NCBI RefSeq assembly: GCF_006345805.1
Contig: NC_043011.1
Location: forward strand, 8,804,001 to 8,868,000
DNA length: 64,000 nt
From: Octopus sinensis
Taxonomy: Eukaryota
Direction: 5' to 3'
Below the pieces are notes generated by a model. That model was not told where the DNA came from. It saw only the letters and a list, made by a program, of their open reading frames with translations, and made no database searches. Shown piece after piece: positions 38,138 to 52,876 of this stretch. Made by a program: the position numbers and the translations under genes. Within the stretch, counting starts at the first letter, position 1. The number at the start of each line of letters is the position of its first letter.

Positions 38138-38530
38138 AGGAGTGGCTGTGTGGTAAGTAGCTTGCTAACCAACCACATGGTTCCGGGTTCAGTCCCACTG
38201 CGTGGCATCTTGGGCAAGTGTCTGCTGCTATAGCCCCGGGTCGACCAATGCCTTGTGAGTGGATTTGGTAGACGGAAACTGAAAGAAGCCTGTCGTATAT
38301 ATGTATGTATATATAAGTGTGTGTGTATATGTTTGTGTGTCTGTGTTTGCCCCCCTAGCATTGCTTGACAACGGATGGTGGTGTGTTTACGTCCCCGTCA
38401 CTTAGCGGTTCGGCAAAAGAGACCGATCAAATAAGTACTAAGGCTTACAAAGAATAAGTCCCGGGGTCGATCTGCTCGACTAAAGGCGGTGCTCCAGCAT
38501 GGCCGCAGTCAAATGACTGAAACAAGTAAA
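38138..38530 (+). mobile_element. SINE family B; a partial inverted copy lies at about 37880-38090
   Basis: Head AGGAGTGGCTGTGTGGTAAG through the AACAAGTAAAA tail. Confidence 0.85.
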
Positions 38531-38613
38531 AAAGAAAAAAAGAAAAAGATTTGCATGTACGTATGGATACATGTGTCTTAGTGCACGTATCCCTACGTGT
38601 ACTCACGCAAGTA

Positions 38614-38715
<102 letters not shown>

Positions 38716-38772
38716 AATATAAATATACACACACGTGCACGCACCCATATATATATGAATATTAATATATAT

Positions 38773-39525
38773 ATTAGTCATCCCATAAATTATGCGGTTT
38801 TTTCAATTGCATGAATTAAAAGTCGGAGTGGGGCGGGATAAACTACTTGCATCAACTTGCTATAAAAGAGGGTAGTAATTTTACCTTGTACTTATTCTTA
38901 GTGCAAGTTTTGAAGAGTGCAGTTCGATTTTAGCACTTATTGTTTCCAAAGCTATGGAAGTGACAAAGAAGCATATTCGGCATATTTTGCTTTATGAGTT
39001 CAATAAAGGCCACAACAGAAAGTGCGAAGAATATTAATGCAGTGTATGGGGGATCAGGCAGTAAGCGTAAGCCCGTGTCGACGGGGGTTCCAGAAATTCC
39101 GAGCCGGAAACTACAGCCTAGCAGACGGGCCTCGTCCTTGAAGATCTGGAGAGCTCGACGAGGACGTCCTGCAAAACCTGGTGGAACAAAATCCCGTCGT
39201 AACTGTTGAGGAATTAACAGAGAAGCGTGGATTTGGTCATTCAACTATTCATTGACGCCTGCGTGCCATCTTTTGTTTCAAGATGAAACGACCATCGTTG
39301 GTTTCAAGATGAAAGTTGTTCTTCCATCAGAATAAATGCTCGGCCATAAACAGCGAAGGTGACATTCCAAAGGCTGGAACAGTTTGAATGGGAAATGATG
39401 CTCCACCCACGATATTAGTTGGACATTGCCCCATCTGATTATCATTTATTCCGTAGTCTTCAAAATCATTTGGACGGAAAAAATATGAATTCTGTTGACG
39501 ATGTCATAACAGTGCTGAAAGAGAA
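38773..39525 (+). mobile_element. Internally deleted mariner remnant
   Basis: MEVTKKHIRHILLYEFNKG N-terminus; NARP and DIAPSDYHLFRSLQNHLDGK motifs. Confidence 0.8.
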
Positions 39526-39829
39526 TCAAATTATAGCCTTTATGCTGGACGCTGAAAAAGTTATCATGTGACTCACACCACGGGGTCATTCCGCCCATTT
39601 ACTTTCCCCAATTTGGTTTTCTTTTAAATTTCGAAGAGAAGGCTGGTCACTTCTCTTCGCGGCTGTCCTGGATTCACTGGCGAAGCAGGGCTGTTTCTGA
39701 GGATAGAGATCTACAGTAATCCCTCGACTATCACGGGTTAAACCCCCACCCCCGCAATAGGTGAAAATCCGTGAAGAAGAAACAGTTCTGTATATTTAAA
39801 AAAAAATTATTTATATAATTTATATGTGC

Positions 39830-39978
39830 ATTTTTTCCATCCAAATGATTTTGAAGATTGCGGAATAAATGATAATCAGATGGGGCAATGTCCAACGAAT
39901 ATGGTGGGTGGGGCATCGTTTCCCATTCAAACTGCTCCAGCCTTGGGAATGTCATCCTCGCTGAATGTGGCCGAGCAA
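39830..39978 (-). mobile_element. Mariner fragment of the same family, inverted
   Basis: LEQFEWETMPHPPYSLDIAPSDYHLFRNLQNHLDGK. Confidence 0.8.
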
Positions 39979-40549
39979 ATACTCTCGCACTACTCGTGTC
40001 TCTAATTTAAGCCTCACTAATTCGGATAGCAACATCTGAAATAAGCGATGGAATTAATTCATTATTAGCTATGCAGTAATTTCTTCTTTACAATGGTTTT
40101 GTTTTCATTTGAAAATAAATTTCTCGGGAATTTTAGATAAATCAACTTAACATCTTCATCAACTCATTCAGTCACTTTACATCTATTGACAAGTTTATGA
40201 TATTCCAGCGACAAGTTTCGTTTCATGTTGACTGAAGTCCGGCACATTGAGTTTTATCATTCCATAGAATCTTCAGAGATATTCCGGGAAGATATTGCGT
40301 TTGCGTAGAGAATGTGTGTAACGTGGGACTGCTTGGTGGAATTTATCTTTTCTCAAGATAGACAGACAGACAGGCAAACAGAGAGGCAGGCAGACGGGCA
40401 GATAGGTAGATCTGTACAGGGACAGCGCGATAGAAAGATGGATAGGTGTGTGTGTGTGTGAGTGTGTGTGTAGACAGTTAGGAACGCAGATAGGTACACA
40501 TACATAAATACATACGCGCACATAGAAAAAGAGATACATGGACAGATAA

Positions 40550-40588
<39 letters not shown>

Positions 40589-40605
40589 CATAGATAGATA
40601 CACAG

Positions 40606-40656
<51 letters not shown>

Positions 40657-41055
40657 TAAGTAATAACGAAATAGAGTAAGATGGTAAGAGTGTGGAGGTA
40701 AGGGGTGGGGGAGTGTTTTCTTTTCAAATATGTAACATATAACTCAAAGTGAAACAGGTCGAAGAAATTATTGGCTACAGAGGATCTATCAGACTCTGAA
40801 CTGCAGAAAGAAGACAAACGATTACCAGAAGAAGAAGAAGAAGAAGAAGCCGATGCTCGGCATACATTGGAGGAAGAAGGAAATAATAATAGCGAAACGA
40901 CTAAAAGGAAAACGGAAGCAAAACGAACGTTAAAGAGATAGAGGCAAACAGCATCGCTTTTGACGGGTACTACGTTAGTATTATAATAAGAACTAATCGC
41001 TCTGCACTAGAAAATAACTATCGCAACATGCTTTGGGCAAAGTGCCTGAAAATCG

Positions 41056-41109
<54 letters not shown>

Positions 41110-41462
41110 AACTACTACAACTACTACTACTACTACTACCACCACCACCACCACCACCACTACCACCACCATCATTACTACTACTGATGTTGATGATGAT
41201 GATATAAATAATAATATTAATGAAATAAGAATAGAGAGGTAATGTAAACATCTTGCAAATTTCATTGATAAACAACTTTTGCCAGTCTGACACTCTTGCC
41301 ATCCAAGCGTGACCCCTGGAAGGTAATTATTTTCGTGTAACCGTCTCCTTTTCGTTGTTGTCTCATTGGTGTTGCCAAGCGTGAACGAAATGGGGTCCCG
41401 TCTCGCACCGATTGCCAAACCCTACCCTACTACATTTAGAGGTGCGCGCGTGTGTGTACGTG

Positions 41463-41514
<52 letters not shown>

Positions 41515-41702
41515 AATAAAATAGAACATATGCGTATATATAAACATATATGTACGTACCTACCTCTACATGTACATATACACGCATATATGTGTACAGG
41601 ACACCAAAAAGACGTCGAACAAATAGAGAGACGAAAAACATAGACACAAACCAAGGAACAGGACAAGCAAAAAAAGAGATACAAGACAATTAGCACAACG
41701 AA

Positions 41703-41746
<44 letters not shown>

Positions 41747-41829
41747 GTGTGTGCCTATATATATATATATATACACGCCCGCACGCACACACACATATAT
41801 ATCTGCTTATCTATATTTAATATATACCT

Positions 41830-42038
41830 ATTTCTTTACTACCCACAAGGGGCTAAACCTAGAGGGGACAAACAAGGACAGACAAAGGGATTAAGTCGAT
41901 TACATCGACCCCAGTGCGTAACTGGTACTTAATGTATCGACCCCGAAAGGATGAAAGGCAAAGTCGACCTCGGCGGAATTTGAACCCGGAACACTTAACG
42001 GCAGACGAAATACGGCTACGCATTTCGCCCGGCGTGCT
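41830..42038 (-). mobile_element. SINE family A
   Basis: Reverse complement match to 13694-13925, 5'-truncated. Confidence 0.8.
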
Positions 42039-42041
42039 AAT

Positions 42042-42858
42042 ATACATACATACATACATACATACATACATACATACACACACATGCATGCATATACACA
42101 TATATACAGACATACATACGTACATATATGCATACATACATACACACATACATACATACATACATACATACATACATACGTACTTACGTACTTACATACA
42201 TACATACACACATACATACATACATACATACGTACATACATACACACATACATACACACACACATACATACATACATACATACGTACATACATACACACA
42301 TACATACATACATACATACATGCGTACATTGATACATACGTACATACATACACACATACATACACACACACATACATACATACATACATACGTACTTACA
42401 TACACACATACATACATACATACATACTTACATACATACATACATACATACTTACATACATACACACATACATACATACATACATACATACATACATACA
42501 TACATACATACGTACGTACATAGATACGTACGTACATACATACATACATACGTACGTACGTACATACATACATACACACACATACATACATACATACATA
42601 CATACATACGTACACACACACATACATACATGCATACGTACATACATACATACATACGTACGTACATACATACATACATACATACATACATACATACATA
42701 CAAACAAACATACATACATACATACGCACACACATACATACATACATACGTACATACATACATAAATACATACATACATACATACATACATACATACATA
42801 CATACATACATACATACAAACATGTATACATACATGCATACATACACACATACACATA
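42042..42858. repeat. Degenerate (CATA)n microsatellite, ~820 bp
   Basis: Direct inspection. Many other CA/TA/GA/GATA/TAA/CTA tracts occur, for example at 11990, 23195, 37575, 41056, 52440, 53313 and 53672. Confidence 0.95.
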
Positions 42859-43171
42859 CTGTGTTATAGATCCTGTCACCTGATGCAATTTGATAAATGT
42901 ATTCTGTACGAAGCTAAGACTAATCTAAAAACAAGCAAACGATGCATCTACGTGACAGCTTGGTGTGCAAGAAATAACTATCAAATCGCGCTCAGTATAC
43001 TCTTTTCCAGCTTTAGAAAACAAAAGCACAGAATATATGATATAGTGGACGATGGTCAAGGCTGGAACGGCATTGATCAGAGGTCTATTCAGTCAAAAGT
43101 GACTTGGAGGTAAATATGCACGCGATCAAGCGTGCATATTTATTCCAACACTTGCAAATTTATATTTGGAT

Positions 43172-43233
43172 ATTGCACTGATGAGAACAAAAGGTAATTA
43201 TGTTTTACTTTAAGTTCGAAACGCGTCTGTAAT
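43172..43233 (+). ncRNA. Minimal type I hammerhead ribozyme motif (Penelope-like type)
   Basis: Stem I ATTGCA/TGTAAT; core CTGATGA at 43178-43184; stem II GAAC/GTTC; GAAA at 43218-43221; palindromic stem III ACGCGT; GTC cleavage triplet ending at 43227. Confidence 0.8.
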
Positions 43234-43454
43234 TAACCGCTGTCGAATCGATTCATCATTTTACTTTTCTCGGAGTTTTTATGGTAGTTGAAAAGAGATT
43301 AGCGTCTATTTCTAATTCAGTACGTGGCGAGGCAATTAGCCGCCCCCTCATTATAATTATGCATATAATTATAGAATATTTTGTATAATTTATCTAAAAT
43401 GTTTTTTTAACATACTGACTACTTCGTAAAATTATTATTATTAATAATCTTACC

Positions 43455-43506
<52 letters not shown>

Positions 43507-43509
43507 CTT

Positions 43510-45035
43510 ACTTGGAAAAGGATGCGTGGCGTTCGATTTCTCACTGTCCTGTTCTTGTTACCACTTCCAGCACAGAGCCCAAGTTTCGGGTGTATCTTAA
43601 AGGTGATACCAACATCATTTGGACAATGCTGATGGAATATTTTCTCCATCATGCCGATGATGTAGCGCCCAAGGCAACGTTGGAGAATAAAGCTTGAGCT
43701 TTTCTAGTCGACCCCAATAGTCAAGGCCTGTCATGCCATCTATCGTTTTTGTAATTGATCTTTGAGGTGCTTCAATTTTCATGATACTTTGTTTCATGTG
43801 AGGAGACCACGGTGGACAACAGTATTCAAGGTGGGGTCGGGCAAAAGTGTAGAAGAGAAGGATAATGGTGTGGATATCTCTCGACTGGAAAGTTCTGAAA
43901 ATCCAGGAAAACATTCTGCGGGCCATGTCAACATTGCTGCTTATATGAGTGGACCAGCTTATGTTGTTGTCCACAATTACTCCCGAGTCTCTGATGCTGT
44001 TGGATGCCATAAAAGTTTCACCTGAAGGAAGGGAGTATGGGAGTTTCAGGGTATCCTCTTTTCCGAAGTGGATTAACTCAAATTTGTCCTCGTTCAGCAG
44101 AATATTATTCTTTCCCGCCCATTGGATGACAGTCAGTAGATCCGACTGAAGACATGTCCGGTCACCCACTTCATTGATGACCTTCTGGATCTTGAAATCA
44201 TCTGCAAAGATTATGTTGCTGTGCTCGGTGATAGCAGTAACGTCATTGATGTAGATAATGAAAAGAAGTGGGCCCAACACAGTGCCTTGTGGAACACTGC
44301 ACTGACTTTGGCTGGGCTTGATTTTACTCCTTCGACTACAACGTGTTGGGTTCTGCCTGTCAGGAACCACGCCATCCATTGTAGTAACTTTCCATGATAC
44401 CAACGTTGGATAGTTTTTCAAGAGGATCTTATGATCCACCCTGTTAAAGGCCTTGTTGAAATCAAGGTAGATGACATCAGTATTCGAGCCCTCTCCCAAA
44501 GCTCTCAAAATGTCATCAAGGTGATGCAGGAGCTCCTTCCATTACGGAACCCATGTTGGTTGGGGTTCAGCAGTCTGTTGCTTTCAAGAAAGTGGGCTAT
44601 CCCTGATCTCACCACTCTCTCTAATACCTTGATGATATGAGAGGTGAGCGAGATCAGCCGGTAGTTCACTGTAAAAAACTAGTTTCCCATTTTGAAAACT
44701 GGGGCAACAGATTGGGACAGAAAGTTCTCGGGAATAAAACCAGCATTCGGTTAGTTCCTCCACAGATTAACAAAAGGAGATGAAAGTTGGTGTCGGCGCA
44801 CCTTCAGGACACAAGCGAGGAACCTATCAAGGCCTACCGATTTGTGTTTGATTTCGTTAATTGCCGCTAAGACATCTGGGGCGCCAAATGCTATGTCCGA
44901 TCTAGTGTGTTGAGGATTAACATCACTGGTAACAGTCCAGATCGACCACATCAGGATTGCCAAAACACAGAGCAGCACTGTTTCTGCAGCATCTCACTCA
45001 TGGTTTTCACATTATCTTGGAGATTGCCATTTTCA
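43510..45035 (-). mobile_element. Decayed CR1/L2-like LINE reverse transcriptase
   Basis: DVIYLDFNKAFNRVDH, VPQGTVLGPLLFIIYIND, FADD and RPHLEYCCPPWSP; frameshifted. Confidence 0.88.
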
Positions 45036-45103
45036 TCAATTAGAGGGCCAACAGCTGAGACAGAAAAAAGAACACATTAGGGTTGAGTTTTTACACACAT
45101 ACA

Positions 45104-45137
<34 letters not shown>

Positions 45138-45142
45138 CACAC

Positions 45143-45178
<36 letters not shown>

Positions 45179-47639
45179 GATAAAAATGGTAAGACAACAA
45201 AAGAAAGAAAGAGACCTCGATATTATGCAAATAGAGGAATTTATCTGTGAATGTAATATGTGACAATTATTCGGTAGCCATGATAAAACTCCGGCGTGGA
45301 TTTCCACCTCGGCATCCGAAACTCGGAGTTTTATCATGGCTACCGAATAATTGTCATATATTACATTTACAGATATACAGATATATATATATAGGTATAT
45401 ATATATATATATTATATTATATATATATATATATAATATATATATATATATATCTATATATATATATACACATGTATGTATATATATGCATTATATACAT
45501 GTATGAATATATATGTATATGGATATATATATATAATATATATGTAAGTATGCATATGTGAATATATATGTACATACTTTTATGTGTGTGTATATGTGTG
45601 TACACACACATATTTACACATACACACTTCAGACTAGACACACTTCCAGCATAATTTCATCAAGCAGTGAAGTGTTTTAATAAACAACCACGCACGCGCG
45701 CGCGCACTCGTACACACAGACATGCACACGTTCACGTATTTTCCTGCATTTTTCCTCTCTGTTCGTATATGTGTGTGTTAGTATATGCATGTGTGTTTTT
45801 GCATATGTATATTGTAACTCGCACGCGTGTGTGTGTGTGTGTGTGTGTGTGTGTTTATGGCAGTATGTGAAACAGATGCCATCGAGCCGAGCCAGTGTGT
45901 GGCAGCGGCCATTTTGAACAGCTGCTTGCTGTGTTTACCTTTCAGCCGGATTCTGTGTGAGACGCGAGAAGATCCGCAGCGAGCTTACAGCCAGCCTTGC
46001 TATCAAAACACGGCCATTTCCTTCTGTGCGACTGTTTCTTCAGCCATTTAAACATACAACCCAGCCCACCTTATACGACAATCGGGGGTCGGGTTTAAAA
46101 AAATAAGGGTCGTGGCATGGCGAGATGCGCTGGCAGAAGCGGCGGCGGCGGCGGCCGGGGTGAGATGAGGAGATTATCGGAGGGAACAATGATAAAATGT
46201 GACGCCATTATCGTGTATTACTTTTGTTGTGGTGTTAGCAGGGGTAAGGTTAGGGGTGTGTGGTCATAGGGGTGGGCGGATGGGTAAAAGTTGGGACGAT
46301 GGCTGCTGGGATTGGGGGGGGGGGTGCAGTTGCTCGCGTTTTACATTTTGTAATTACTTTTCATTCAAGCACACAGCGAATCTTTTCATACGCAAACACA
46401 CACACACACACACACACACCACACCATATATATGTATATATATATGTACACATACATACATATGTGCATATATATGTGTGTGTGTTTGTATATATATATA
46501 TATATACATACAAACTCACAAACACACATATATATATACATACAGACACACACACACACGTATATATTTAGAGAGTGAGTGAGTGAGAAAGAGAGAGAGA
46601 GAAAGAGGGAGAGAGAGAGTGAGAGAGAGAGAATGGATACATACACAGATGGACATGAATATCACACACACACACACACCACAGGGATGGGTGCGCGATT
46701 CGCACACACGTACAGAAACATCTCGCATCACATACGTATGTATAGAATACACACATACATATGTATGCATGTGTGTGTGCGTGTGCATTTATACACAAAT
46801 GATATAACGATAGACAGACAGATAGATAAACAACCAGGGAGGCAACAGAGACAGAGACGGAGCCATCAAGATAGACATAAATACTTCTCATGAACTCAGG
46901 AAGCGGTGCTCAACAGCATAAATCACAATAATTGATTTGCTTGACTGAAGCCGAACCAGAGGGCTTCTTACAGTTTCCTTTGCTGTAAAGATTTTGGCGT
47001 TCTTAAGGCATCAAACCAGAATGTGGCGGATTAACCAACTACGGTTATTATAATCAAAGATGATGTTATCACACAGTTATTGCTTTAAAAATCAATGGGT
47101 TTCAAATCCAATAAAGATAGTGTTATATTCTCCGCTTAATGTTATAAACTACTTATCGTTATTTGAAAGGTTCCGTCGCAAAGTGATAGCAATAAACGGC
47201 TTTCGCTGAATGTATATCTAAACATACATACACACGCTCACACATTCACACACGCACGCACATAAATATGCACACAATAGAAAAAAATTCATGGTTATAT
47301 TTATAAATATTTAAGACCGGAAGTTGGCAGAGTTGAGAGGACGCCGGGAAAATGCTCGTCGCCATTTTGTCCGTTTTATTTATCATCATTATTATTTTTT
47401 TTTTTTGCCTTCTGAGTTCAAATTCCGCCGAGGTCAACTTTGCCTTTCATCCTTTCGGGGTCGATAAAACAAGTACGATGGTGTCAATCGATAAAATAAG
47501 TACCAGTTGAGTACTGGGGTCGATGTAATCCACTTATCCCTTCCCCGAAATTGCTGGCCTTGTGCCAAAATTTGAAACCAATATTAATAAACATTATAAA
47601 CAAAGAATATACAGTGTTAGTCATTCGCATGTCTCAATC

Positions 47640-47992
47640 AATTGACTGTGGCCATGCTGGAGCACCGCCTTTAGTCGAGCAAATCGACCCCAGGACTTAT
47701 TCATTGCAAGCCTAGTACTTATTCTATCGGTCACTTTCACCGAACTACTTAGTTATGGGGATGTAAACACACCAGCATCGGTTGTCAAGCGATGTTGGGG
47801 GAGGGACAAACATAGGCACAAACATATACACGCACATACATATGTATACACATATATATATATATATACATATATACGACGGGCTTTTTCTTTTAGTTTC
47901 CATCTACCAAATCCCCTCACAAAGCTTTAATCGGCCCGAGGCTATAGTAGAAGAAACCTGTCCAAGGTGCCACGCAGTGGGACTGAACCTGG
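47640..47992 (-). mobile_element. SINE family B
   Basis: Reverse complement match, 5'-truncated. Confidence 0.75.
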
Positions 47993-49999
47993 AAAGTATC
48001 CAGAAACTAAGTTTTCAGTAATCTTAGCCATGTAGGAGAAACGTAGAAGACCGGATGTTCTGGAGAGAGAGTAATCGATTAAATTGACCCAGTGTATAGC
48101 TGATACTTCTTTTATCGACCCTGGAAAGATGGAAGGTACAGCTGACCTGGAAAAAATTTGACCTCGGAACATAAAGGTTCGTGATTGGCTTTGACCAGAT
48201 GTTTTGCCTGGCGTTTTACAGACTGCGCCGGCCACCTTCCTGATGCTCCGCCGATTCTTATACACGTGATTTGTTGTTTAAGCTTCAACTGAATAAATTT
48301 GGTGTCCATATTGGACAGCAGATTGAGAGAGAGAGAGAGAGAGGGATAGAGAAAGGGAAGGAAGAGAAAAGGAGAAGAGAGAGATGAGATGTAAGCAAGC
48401 CAGTGTGACAGATGTAAAATAGTACTCTCCTCCTCCTTATCCCCTCCTCCGTCCATTGTTACAGTGATTAACTGAGTAATTAGGCGGTAAATTAAAGCAA
48501 TGTTTGTGGCTTGAGCGCCGTCAGCAGAGAGGGGAAGCAAGACATGAGGCGGGAGAGGGCGAGGCGAGGAGAAAAAGAAGAGAAAAGACAAAGAAAACAT
48601 TTCTCTTTCTCCCCCTATCCCCTCCACCACCGTTGGTTAATTCAGTATTTTGTTTATGGAAATAAGGGCTCATCACTGGAACTGCCCCAATATTTTACTG
48701 AAAGTTGAGCAGACGACACCAATAGCAATGCAGACGACACACGATATTCAGACATCTTAGATTAGTGGATCCCTCGTGAACAAAACAACATGAAAATCTT
48801 TTGGGAGAGTTTTGCTTAAATCCTAGGATCTGAAATTAACGTTCCTGTGTCCAATTCCTCCAACATCTCCAAATACGTTGAGTTAGAAATATTAAGATCG
48901 TTAAATTTACAAAATGGCGATACTATATAGCGAATTAGGTGGCACAGATGATGGCCGGGTCGTTTGCTTCATTCAGTCGATGTTTCACTTTGATAATTGT
49001 CAAACCAATCAAGGTATTAATAAAAATGCCAATGCTTTTATTTTAATAATAATTATAGGCGTAGGAGTGGCATTGTGATGAGAAGCTTATATATACATCC
49101 CTCTCTCTCTCTCTCTCTCTATATATATAATTATATAATATATATATATATATACATATATATAAAGTTAATCCAAACAAGAAAACACAAAAAAACACAC
49201 AACGCGAGGACGTGGAACAAATAATATTATTGGACGCTCAGGAAAGAAGGGAAGAAGGATATATATATATATATATTATATATATAATATATATATATAT
49301 AGATTATATATATATTATATATATAATATATATTATATATATATATAATATATATATATATATGCGTGTGAATGTATGTGTGTGTGCCGGTGTGTGGTAT
49401 ACCATCGCTTGAAAACTGCTCTTGGTGTGTTTTTACGTCTCCGCAACTTAGCAGTTCGGCAAAAGACTTCGATAGACTAAGTACTAGGCTTTAAAAGCAA
49501 AAAAAAAATACTGAGTTCGAGTTCATTCGACTAAAAAATCTTCAAGCCGGTGCCCCAGCATGGCCGTGGATCTAATAATGAAGCAAACAAGTAAAGAATA
49601 AATGAAATGATAAACGGTTAATTGCGAAGCGTAATGTCACGTGATCGACCAAAGGTTAAACACGAAACGCCTCCAGACACAAGAATAGGAAACCTTAAAT
49701 ATAATACTTTCGCTTCTCTTCTAATTTCTATTGTCATCGATCCTTTCAGATGTTTGGGGGTTATAAAAAAAATTGCAATTGAGTATAGCAGTAATTAATT
49801 GTGATACGAGGGTAATTCCACTGGTTGTTATTTTTAGCAAATCCACCGACTATTCAGAAGTTTCGTTATTGAATCGGGCTTCATTCTCTCCCTGGCAATG
49901 AATACAAGCCACAACAGCCACACACAGTTGAATAGTCTTTTCTACTCTAGGCATAAGGCCCGAAAGTTTTTTCTGGAGCGGGGGCCAGTTTGATTAGAT

Positions 50000-50099
50000 N
50001 NNNNNNNNNNNNNNNNNNNNNNNNNNNNNNNNNNNNNNNNNNNNNNNNNNNNNNNNNNNNNNNNNNNNNNNNNNNNNNNNNNNNNNNNNNNNNNNNNNN
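50000..50099. other. Assembly gap (100 N)
   Basis: Run of N. Confidence 1.
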
Positions 50100-50210
50100 C
50101 TTCCAACTCACGTGCCCCCTCTCCTCTCATAACCTTATATGAATTTCCCCCAGGTGCCGCACAACAATTAAGTTTTGTCCTTCCACCTCTTTTAAATATT
50201 CTTCAAAATT

Positions 50211-50623
50211 TACTCTTTTACTCTTTTACTTGTTTCAGTCATTTGATTGCGGCCATGCTGGAGCACCGCCTTTAGTCGAGCAAATCGACCCCAGGACTTA
50301 TTCTTTGTAAACCTAGTACTTTTTATATCGATCTCTTTTGCCGAACCGCTAAGTTACGGGGATGTAAACACACCAGCATCGGTTGTCAAGCGATGGTGGG
50401 GGGACAAACACAGACACACAAACACACACACACACATATAAATATATATACATATATACGACGGGCTTCTTTCAGTTTTTGTCTACCAAATCCACTCACA
50501 AGGCTTTGGTCGGCCCGAAGCTATAGTAGAAGACACTTGCCCAAGGTTCCACGCAGTGGGACTGAACCGGGAACCATGTAGTTGGTAAGCAAGCTACTTA
50601 CCACACAGCCACTCCTATGCCTA
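50211..50623 (-). mobile_element. SINE family B, full length
   Basis: Near-identical to 13991-14391. Confidence 0.85.
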
Positions 50624-51413
50624 CACTCCTATTGTTTAATATTCCGACAGCTGAAACTCAGAAATGCAATCCTATAACTCTCGCCATTCCTTATTCATTA
50701 TTAGAGCCTAGAATAATCGTTTCTGCGTCGAACAAAATGCTCAGCGATTTTTATCCCGTCGTTACGTTTTGAGTTCAAATACTGCTGAAGTCGACTTTGT
50801 TTTTCATCCTTTCAGAGTCAATGAAATAAGTACCAGTTGCATACTGAGGTCGATCGAATCGACATGCTCCCGATACCCCTCCCCCTCTGCCTATAGTAGA
50901 AAGGTTATTAGAATCGATTAATTTAGCCAAATTGTTTGACTGAAAGGACCAAACGCCGATCGATATTTGGCCTGGTTCGCTGCTGTCTGAGTTCAAAACC
51001 TGCTGGTGCTTTACCTTTCATCCTCGGTAGAGCGGGTGGGGGTCGATAAATAAAGTGCCGGTTCTGAATGATGGATTGGTGGGATTTGTTAGAACATCCG
51101 ACATGATACCTTGTAGTGTTTATTCGTGTTCGTTGTGTTCTGATTTTAAATCCAGTCATGCCCTCCCTGGCTGGCAGACTTTATCCTTTACCTGGTTTCA
51201 TGCCACTTGGTCTTGGAATGCCTTCAACAGAGTCCATTCTATTGCAAACACTAGCGCCAACTTGCCAATTTAAGGATTCTTCACTCACTTTTTTCCCACT
51301 AGTCTCGGGGGAGGGGGTTGAACTTCTAAAGGGTAAAGAGAACTTTCCTTCCTGACTAAGCGGTAGCTTAAGCAATATCATCATCATCATCATCATCGTC
51401 GTTGTCGTCGTCG

Positions 51414-51473
<60 letters not shown>

Positions 51474-51682
51474 CCATTATCGACAACAACAACAATCAAC
51501 AGAGATTCGTCGATATTTTAATGTTACATTATAAGCTTTCGGTGATCCAGCATGGCCGCAGTCAAATGACTGAAACACGTAGAAGAGTAAAAGACTACTT
51601 CAGTCAAACATTTTGTTAAATACAATTGTTGCGGTTATTGTTGTTGTTCTTGCTTCTGTTGCTGTTGTTACTGCAGGTGTGG

Positions 51683-51716
<34 letters not shown>

Positions 51717-52452
51717 GACTATTGTTGGATATGATACAGTTCCCTGTAATATGTCAATGACCAATCAAAAGTACAGTCTACCTAGCTGTAAATAAGAACC
51801 ACCCTCTGCTTAAATTCATTGTAGTATGTCTATGATTATGACACTTAACTACAGCTCAGTGCACCTAGCTGTAAGTGGGTACCACATTGTGGCATGGCTC
51901 ACTCTAACCTGTATCTGTGTCGTTTAGTGAGACAATATTGAGACATAGTCCACACTATCAACTGTCATCAGAAACATAAATCTTCTAGTGATTGCTCTGG
52001 TATGAGTTCAAATCCTGGCATCGGAAACTTTCTACTAAACATTCCACTATCTTACTGAGCTACAGAAGAAAATTCTTTAATCTTCGATTTACCTTAACGA
52101 ATTTTGAGTCAATAAGTTGTCACAACTCAAATCCTTGGAATATGGAAAAAGATCATTACAAAAATTCCTTTATCAAAATGTAAACTATGTACACAAACGT
52201 ATATATATAGTATAAAATATGTATAGAAATAAGTATATATATATATATATAATATATATATATATATTATATATATATATATAATAACAAAGGTAAAATT
52301 AATTAATTAAGAAGTAATCAGTATTTCACCAAGTAGAATTCGGCAGTAGAAGGAATAGCTAAGGTTTTTTTACTGCTATTTCTAAACTTCGGTATGTGAT
52401 GAAGCAAATCTTTGCTGAAAACACCTAATTATATAGTATATATATATATATA

Positions 52453-52554
<102 letters not shown>

Positions 52555-52768
52555 TATATATAAATATACATATACAAGCTCACGCACACAGAGATATAAA
52601 CGTATTCATGTAAAAAGGTTTATATCTATTATAAATATGAGTATACGTATGTGTATATATATATGCATAGATACATACATATATATATGCAAGTATATGT
52701 GTGTGTATATGTAAGTAAATCTCTCTCTCTCACTCTCTCTATATATATATACATGCATACATACACAC

Positions 52769-52799
<31 letters not shown>

Positions 52800-52844
52800 C
52801 ATGCATACATACACACATATCTATACATATATATGTTCATATGC

Positions 52845-52876
<32 letters not shown>

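Noticed and set aside
41900-42888. Long YIHT/MYVC ORFs, and similar ones at 23.2k, 35.7k, 37.5k, 46.3k and 59.4k
   Set aside because: Translations of CATA/CA/TA microsatellites.
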